Assembly: GCA_963738405.1 (NCBI GenBank)
Contig: CAVTWJ010000021.1
Coordinates: forward strand, 41,298-105,297
DNA: 64,000 nucleotides
Direction of reading: 5' to 3'
Source: a candidate division FCPU426 bacterium
GTDB lineage: Bacteria > Oederibacteriota > Muellerivitia > Muellerivitales > Muellerivitaceae
Shown one piece after another: positions 58,422-64,000 of this stretch (its first letter is position 1; each line of letters opens with the position of its first letter). The translations under genes and the position numbers were made by a program. A model generated the notes under the pieces. It saw only the letters and a list, made by a program, of their open reading frames with translations. It ran no database searches and was not told the DNA's origin.

Positions 58422-58739
58422 TCATCCTTTAAGCGTTTTCAAGAGATCGATGTCCACCGATTCCTTCAACCGGTAGAAGGCCAAAACCAAAGCTAGCCCC
58501 ACGCAGGCTTCCGCTGCGGCCACCGCTACCACGAACAAAACCGCGACCTGACCCGACATCTCGCCGTTCACACGGGAAAAAGTAACAAAAGACAAATTGA
58601 CCGCGTTGAGCATTAGTTCCAGCGACATTAAAACCACAAAAAGGTTGCGACGAGAAAGGGCTCCCGCGACCCCCAAGGTGAAGAGAGCGGCGGAAAGGAC
58701 CAAATAATGGGCTGGCGTGATCGGATAAAATAATTCCAT
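58422..58739 (-). CDS. nuoK: NADH-quinone oxidoreductase subunit K
   Basis: MSLELMLNAVNL, VAAAEA. Confidence 0.95.
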   Translation of the reverse strand: MELFYPITPAHYLVLSAALFTLGVAGALSRRNLFVVLMSLELMLNAVNLSFVTFSRVNGEMSGQVAVLFVVAVAAAEACVGLALVLAFYRLKESVDIDLLKTLKG

Positions 58740-58800
58740 AAATAACCTCGGCCCATTCGGGCCCTTTTAATCAAGACCATCTTCGAAAAGAAGGCCGAAC

Positions 58801-59304
58801 TCAGAGCTTCTTTTTCACTAAAACCAAAGCTCCCACAACAGCGGCTAAAAGTAAAAGCGAAAGGGCCTCGAAAGGAAAAAGGTAGTCGGCGAAAAGTTTG
58901 GTTCCAACCCCCGCCACTCCCCCGAAATCCTCGCCCGATACGGGGGAAACCCCCAATCCTCCCGTAAAAAGCACACCCGCGATCGGCGCCCCAAAAAGCG
59001 CCGCGACGGCAAGAAGTGCCAGAGCGACCATGCCCCCCTTGGCCTTTAAGGGTTCCAGGGCCTGGGCGGGCAGGTTTAAAAGCATAATCACAAAAAGCAT
59101 CAACACCATGATGCCTCCGGCATAAACGAGAATCTGAAGAACCGCCGCCAGCTTGGCGGATTGCATGGCATAGAGACCTGACAAGGCGGCAAAGGCGCCC
59201 ACCAAGGCTAAAGCGGAGGCGATCGGGTTGGTGCGGGTAATAACGATCAGTCCCAATCCCAATAAAACGGCGCCCAGAAAATAAAATAAAACCGCCTCAA
59301 CCAT
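58801..59304 (-). CDS. nuoJ: NADH-quinone oxidoreductase subunit J
   Basis: QILVYAGGIMVL, YLFPFE. Confidence 0.95.
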   Translation of the reverse strand: MVEAVLFYFLGAVLLGLGLIVITRTNPIASALALVGAFAALSGLYAMQSAKLAAVLQILVYAGGIMVLMLFVIMLLNLPAQALEPLKAKGGMVALALLAVAALFGAPIAGVLFTGGLGVSPVSGEDFGGVAGVGTKLFADYLFPFEALSLLLLAAVVGALVLVKKKL

Positions 59305-59330
59305 TCAAATCCTCTTTAAGAAATATTTAA

Positions 59331-59876
59331 TTACGGCCTAGCGTGATCGCCGTGGGTCCACTTCACGGGCCGGGGGGGATTATAACCCGGCGCGTATTCT
59401 TCGTTATGGTGGTCCAACAGAAATTCCTTATGAAACACCAGGCTCTCACGGGTGTAGTCGGTCAATGCGATCTCCGGCACATCCATGCGGATGGCGTCCA
59501 GGGGGCAGGCTTCCACGCAAAATCCGCAAAAAACGCACCGCAGCAGGTCGATATCAAATTTTTCAGGATACTTTTCGATCTCCTTGTCGGGCACTGGGGC
59601 CGCGAGGATGTGGATACATTCCGCCGGACAGGCGGTGGCGCAGAGCATGCAGGCGGTGCAGCGGGGCGCCTCGTCCTCGCGTTTCATGAGCCTATGCCTT
59701 CCCCTCATGGCCGGAGGCAGGTGTTTTCTTTCCTCGGGGTAATAAATCACCGGCAGTTTTCCGGGATGAAAAAGATTGCGGACCACATGACGAAGAGTCA
59801 CCATCAGGCCTTGGAGTACCTGAATCACATAGATTTTCTGGAGGCCCTTCACCCCGGGCCGGGGAACGATCCTCAT
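59331..59876 (-). CDS. nuoI: NADH-quinone oxidoreductase subunit I
   Basis: YPEE, CTACMLCATACP, RCVFCGFCVEACP. Confidence 0.95.
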   Translation of the reverse strand: MRIVPRPGVKGLQKIYVIQVLQGLMVTLRHVVRNLFHPGKLPVIYYPEERKHLPPAMRGRHRLMKREDEAPRCTACMLCATACPAECIHILAAPVPDKEIEKYPEKFDIDLLRCVFCGFCVEACPLDAIRMDVPEIALTDYTRESLVFHKEFLLDHHNEEYAPGYNPPRPVKWTHGDHARP

Positions 59877-59890
59877 TTATAAAACCCCTT

Positions 59891-61198
59891 CTACTTTTGA
59901 ATCAGGATTAAAACGCCCGTCACCAGCAGGTTCGCCATAGCCAGGGGCAGCATCAGCTTCCATCCCATCCGCATCAGTTGGTCGTAACGGAATCGGGGAA
60001 GGGTCCACCGGACCCACACAAAGAGCCAGCAAAAAAACAAAACTTTGAGGATCAGGCAGGTCACCTGCAAAATGGGCACGATGATGGCGGCCACAGAAGA
60101 AGGCAACGGTCCTCCTAAAAGACTCCAGAGAATGGCAGCTAGTCCCAAACAAGCCTTTCCGATTCCAGCCAAGGACAGCAGATAGGGTTCCCATTTCTTA
60201 ACGCCTTGATACCTGTGCTTTTGCGCCTCAGCCTGCAGGTACAGAAAACCCCCGAAAATTCCCCCGCCCACTAAAAGGAGCGTGCCCCAGATTCCGAGGG
60301 CGAGTTGCGGGTTGGCTTGAAGACCCTGGGTAGAAACGAAGGGAACCTGATAGCCCCCGAGGAAAAGGGTGGAAAGAATAAAGGCCACCACCGCCATGTT
60401 GACGTATTCGGCCATGAAAAAGAGGGCAAACTTTACGCTGGAATATTCCACATGGTATCCCGCCACCAGTTCGCTTTCTCCCTCGGCCAGGTCAAAAGGG
60501 TTTCGATTCGTTTCGGCGAAACCCGAAACCAGAAACAAAAGAAAAGAAACAGGCTGGAGAAAAATTCCCCAACCGGGCAGGGGCATCGCATAACCGAAGA
60601 GGGTCAAGGCCTTTCCCTGAGTTTCCACGATCCCGTCCATGCGCACGCCCTGATAGACCATTAAAAGGCTCACCAGGGCCAGACCCATCGAAAGCTCGTA
60701 GGAAATCATCTGAGCCGAGGATCTTAAGCCCCCCAGCAGCGCAAACTTATTATTCGAAGACCATCCGGCAAGGATGACGCCAAAGACCCCCATACTCGTG
60801 ATGGCGAATATATAAAGGACGCCCACGTCGAAATTGGCGGCCTGGAAATGAACCGTTCGACCCAGCAAATCCATGGGTGCCGCGAAGGGAATCACCAGGA
60901 GGGGCAATAGGGCTATCGTCATGGACCAAAAGGGAGCCAATAGAAAATAAAAACCATAAGACTTGGCGGGAGTGAGGTTTTCTTTCAACACCAGCTTTAG
61001 GGTGTCGGCGAAATTTTGAATGAACCCCAGCAGGCGGAAACCCAAAAGATTGGTACGGTCGGGGCCCACCCGGTCCTGGATGATGGCGCTTCCCTTTCGT
61101 TCCAGCCAAATGAAGAAGGGAATAAAGGATAGGGGAATCAGCCAAGCGACGACCGTCATGGCGGCGGTGTTGGCCAGGGCGAATAGTTCCGGGCTCAT
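59891..61198 (-). CDS. nuoH: NADH-quinone oxidoreductase subunit H (long form)
   Basis: ERK...QDRVGP, AETNRNPFDLAEGESELVAGYHVEYS, PRFRYDQLM. Confidence 0.95.
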   Translation of the reverse strand: MSPELFALANTAAMTVVAWLIPLSFIPFFIWLERKGSAIIQDRVGPDRTNLLGFRLLGFIQNFADTLKLVLKENLTPAKSYGFYFLLAPFWSMTIALLPLLVIPFAAPMDLLGRTVHFQAANFDVGVLYIFAITSMGVFGVILAGWSSNNKFALLGGLRSSAQMISYELSMGLALVSLLMVYQGVRMDGIVETQGKALTLFGYAMPLPGWGIFLQPVSFLLFLVSGFAETNRNPFDLAEGESELVAGYHVEYSSVKFALFFMAEYVNMAVVAFILSTLFLGGYQVPFVSTQGLQANPQLALGIWGTLLLVGGGIFGGFLYLQAEAQKHRYQGVKKWEPYLLSLAGIGKACLGLAAILWSLLGGPLPSSVAAIIVPILQVTCLILKVLFFCWLFVWVRWTLPRFRYDQLMRMGWKLMLPLAMANLLVTGVLILIQK

Positions 61199-62823
61199 GC
61201 CTTCGCCTCAAAAACGTTCGGCTGGGCCGCCACACCTTGAAAGGGTTCGGAAGCGATAGGCTTTAAGGAAAGCTGTTCGCCCCCAGAAGAAATTCCGTCA
61301 AAGGTTAACCCTGAAAGCATTTCGATTTCCTTCGCCATGGCATTAAAGACGGAGGGGGTATCTTCAAAATGGAATCCTTCTAAATTCATGGCCTTCGCCA
61401 GCCTGGAAATCCAAAGGGAAGCTTCCACAATATCGGGGTTCGCGGGTTCCACCGCCAGCTTGAAGCGCTGGAGCCGTCCGAGAGCGTTCACAAAGGTGCC
61501 CGCCTTTTCGGTAAAGGGCCTGACCGGAAAGGCCATGGCGGCCTGTTTCGACGTCTCGGTCTGGTGAACGGATAGAACTATCAGGGCCTTCACCTTGCCG
61601 AAAACCTTCAGGGCTCTGGCGGGATCCTGACCGAAAGGGTTTTGATTCATGAGAATCACGGCTTTAAATACGCCTTTTTCGATTCTTTCCAAAAGGGCTT
61701 CCGTCTTGGCGGGGATGCCAAGAAGGTTCAACCCCTGTTCGTTAGGGTATTTTTCAGCCAGCTTTAAAATTTTGTCCGCCTCTCCCTTTTCAGCCCAAAG
61801 GGGCGCAGCCAGGTTGGCGGGATTGAATTTTTTCTCGAATAGTTTCTTGAGCAGATAATTGTCTTCCAGCGCCGCATAGGGGGAAGCAATCCCCGCTACC
61901 TCATCCTTGTCCATCCCGCCGAGGATTTCGGCCAACTGGGCGATTCCTTCTTTAAGCGTAGTGGTTTTATGTCCCAGCCGGATTTCTTCTAGCCGATTCT
62001 CCTGATAATGGGCGAAAGAAAAACGGCCCTCATCGCAAATCCAGGTTTTGTTGACCTCAGCGTTTTCCCGGGGCATGAAGCGGTAGATATGGCCATGGTT
62101 TTGCTCAACGGTGATATTGCACCCGCGCGCGCAGCCGGGACAAACGGATTCGGTTTTCTTGAGAAACCAAACCCTTTGTTTGAAACGGAATTCTTTTAGG
62201 GTCAGGGCGCCCACGGGGCAGATATCGGTTACGTTGCCCGAGTAGGGGTTGTCAAGGCGGTGTCCGGGAAAGATCGTGAGTTTAGCCTCATGGCCCCGGT
62301 TGACGATGCAAAGCTCGGAGGTTTTGGGCACCTCATCCACGAAGCGGATACAGCGGGTGCAAAGGATGCAGCGTTCCTGGTCCAAAACGATGTGTTGTCC
62401 GATATCCTCAGCCTTGCCGCCTTTGAAATAGCGTGGCACGGACCGACGGAAATCGTACTGACCGTCTTCCATATATTGATCTTGGAGTTTGCACTCTCCG
62501 GCCTTGTCGCAAATGGGGCAATCCAGCGGGTGGTCTAATAGCAGCATTTCCAGGGCGGTCTTCTGCGCCTTTTTCGCGGCGTCGGATTGGGTATGGATTA
62601 CCATCCCCTCGGCCACCTTGGTGTTGCAGCCGATGGTGAGCTGGCGTCCCCGGGGGGTTTCCAGTTCCACCATGCAGGTACGGCAGTTGCCAGCAACCGG
62701 CAGGTAGCGGTGGTAGCAAAAATGTTCCACATGAATACCGTTGGTTAAGGCGGCGTCCAGCACGTTGGTGCCTTCGGGCACCTCCATGGGTTTTCCGTTG
62801 ACGGTGATCTTGACCAAGTTCAA
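61195..62823 (-). CDS. nuoG: NADH-quinone oxidoreductase subunit G (short form)
   Basis: [44 protein letters not shown]. Confidence 0.93.
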   Translation of the reverse strand: MNLVKITVNGKPMEVPEGTNVLDAALTNGIHVEHFCYHRYLPVAGNCRTCMVELETPRGRQLTIGCNTKVAEGMVIHTQSDAAKKAQKTALEMLLLDHPLDCPICDKAGECKLQDQYMEDGQYDFRRSVPRYFKGGKAEDIGQHIVLDQERCILCTRCIRFVDEVPKTSELCIVNRGHEAKLTIFPGHRLDNPYSGNVTDICPVGALTLKEFRFKQRVWFLKKTESVCPGCARGCNITVEQNHGHIYRFMPRENAEVNKTWICDEGRFSFAHYQENRLEEIRLGHKTTTLKEGIAQLAEILGGMDKDEVAGIASPYAALEDNYLLKKLFEKKFNPANLAAPLWAEKGEADKILKLAEKYPNEQGLNLLGIPAKTEALLERIEKGVFKAVILMNQNPFGQDPARALKVFGKVKALIVLSVHQTETSKQAAMAFPVRPFTEKAGTFVNALGRLQRFKLAVEPANPDIVEASLWISRLAKAMNLEGFHFEDTPSVFNAMAKEIEMLSGLTFDGISSGGEQLSLKPIASEPFQGVAAQPNVFEAKA

Positions 62824-63722
62824 CCCCTTAGATCAGCCGTGACGGGAGTCAGGGCGGGTTTGCAGTATTTTTCAAACTCAGCGCGGAATTTTTGGATAAA
62901 ACTTCTTACCGGCATGGCGCAGGCGGCGGAAAGCACGCAGATGGTCTTTCCCTCCATGTTGTCGGCCACTTCCAGCATCAAGTTCAGTTCCTTGGTGGTG
63001 GCTTCTCCGGAGAGGATTTTTTTCAACAGCCGGTCTTCCCAGGCCGTACCCTCTCGGCAGGGCGTGCATTGCCCGCAGGACTCGTGAGCGTAAAACTGGG
63101 TCAGATTCTTCAAAACCTTCACCATGTCGGTATGCTCGTTCATGGCCGTCACACAGCCCGTGCCGAACATGGTGCCGTGTGTTTTCATGCTTTCATAAGT
63201 GAGGGTCAAGTCCTCGCATTCCTTGGCCGTCAAAACCGGGCAAGAGGATCCGCCGGGGATCAAGGCCTTCAAGGTCCCGCCCTTCATGCCCTTCCCGTAG
63301 GTTTGGAGGAATTCCATCATCGGCAGCCCGTAGGGCAGTTCCCAATAACCTGTTTGATTCACATGGCCCGAGAGGCCGAAGAGATGGGTGCCGGCCGATT
63401 CTTTGGTGCCGATGGCGGCATAGGCGGCCGCCCCGTTTTCGATAATCCAGGGCACTGAAGCCAGGGTCTTTACGTTATTGACGATCGTGGGGCAATTGAA
63501 TAAGCCTTGAACCGCGGGAAAGGGGGGTTTGATACGGGGCATACCTTTTTTGCCTTCAAGAGACTCGATCAACCCTGTTTCTTCACCGCAAATATAGGCG
63601 CCCGCTCCCCGGTGAACATAAACCTCCAGGTCAAAACCCGAACCTTGGATGTTCTTTCCCAGATAGCCCGCTTCCTTAGCTTCGTGAATGGCTCTTTCAA
63701 GAATCTGAATCTGTTCGTAAAA
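62820..63722 (-). CDS. nuoF: NADH-quinone oxidoreductase subunit F, 5'-truncated at a sequence junction
   Basis: The frame extends upstream of the listed ORF ([15 protein letters not shown]...[13 protein letters not shown]) to a TAG at 63723-63725; [13 protein letters not shown] present; N-terminus missing. Confidence 0.9.
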   Translation of the reverse strand, partial: FYEQIQILERAIHEAKEAGYLGKNIQGSGFDLEVYVHRGAGAYICGEETGLIESLEGKKGMPRIKPPFPAVQGLFNCPTIVNNVKTLASVPWIIENGAAAYAAIGTKESAGTHLFGLSGHVNQTGYWELPYGLPMMEFLQTYGKGMKGGTLKALIPGGSSCPVLTAKECEDLTLTYESMKTHGTMFGTGCVTAMNEHTDMVKVLKNLTQFYAHESCGQCTPCREGTAWEDRLLKKILSGEATTKELNLMLEVADNMEGKTICVLSAACAMPVRSFIQKFRAEFEKYCKPALTPVTADLRG

Positions 63723-63724
63723 CT

Positions 63725-64000
63725 AACATGGACGGCGCGTGGCTCCAGTCCGGCGCGGTCGTCCCCGCCTTCGCCAACCAGCAGGACGTCAACCTGGGGC
63801 GCTTCACCAATTCCAGCTTCTACTTCCATGGCTCGATGGACGAAGCCCGCATCGCTTCCAGTGTGCATTCCTCCAATTGGCTCTGGGCCGAGTGGATGAT
63901 GGTTGTCTCAAACACTGCGCTTTCTACCTATTCAAGCATCATGCGGCAAACGCCAGTCCTCTCGATTGCCGGCAACGCCTTGTCTGGCCTGGTTCTTGCC
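63725..64000 (+). CDS. Internal fragment of an unrelated LamG/concanavalin-like domain protein
   Basis: Open frame to the window end: NMDGAWLQSG...LGRFTNSSFYFHGSMDEARIASSVHSSNWLWAEW..., containing the FxGxxDExRI LamG pattern. Confidence 0.7.

Noticed and set aside
63507..63899. ORFs 63507-63899 (+) and 63569-63868 (-) crossing the end of nuoF
   Set aside because: They span the junction and are off-frame readings of two unrelated sequences.

Overview
A gene-dense, moderately GC-rich bacterial chromosomal segment, mostly housekeeping. It covers central carbon and energy metabolism (icd, 2-oxoacid:ferredoxin oxidoreductase alpha/beta, a four-cluster ferredoxin, ferredoxin-NADP reductase, a three-subunit Sdh1-like succinate dehydrogenase, nuoG-N plus a 5'-truncated nuoF), cofactor and salvage genes (mqnD, moeB, mtnB/mtnD, queG, tandem-domain thyX), transporters (EamA x2, MFS, CstA), a GH9 glycosidase, a pilin, and four large GT-C-type membrane glycosyltransferases. 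I found no rRNA, tRNA, CRISPR array, transposase or integrase. The most unusual items are: (i) a stand-alone 16-codon Lys-rich micro-gene with its own promoter, palindromic operator, RBS and terminator (41434-41610); (ii) a lipoprotein with a ~400-residue Thr/Ser/Pro stalk tipped by an atypical cupredoxin domain, near protein-glycosyltransferase-like genes; (iii) an AT-rich gene bracketed by two inverted 11-8-11 recombination-site-like sequences (13654-14315); (iv) a dispersed 9-mer-based inverted-repeat element; (v) an EamA gene with two compensating homopolymer frameshifts; (vi) a long hairpin in the desaturase leader. At about 63725 nuoF is abruptly joined to unrelated coding DNA, most likely a contig join or chimera. 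All calls come from reading motifs by eye; no database searches were run.
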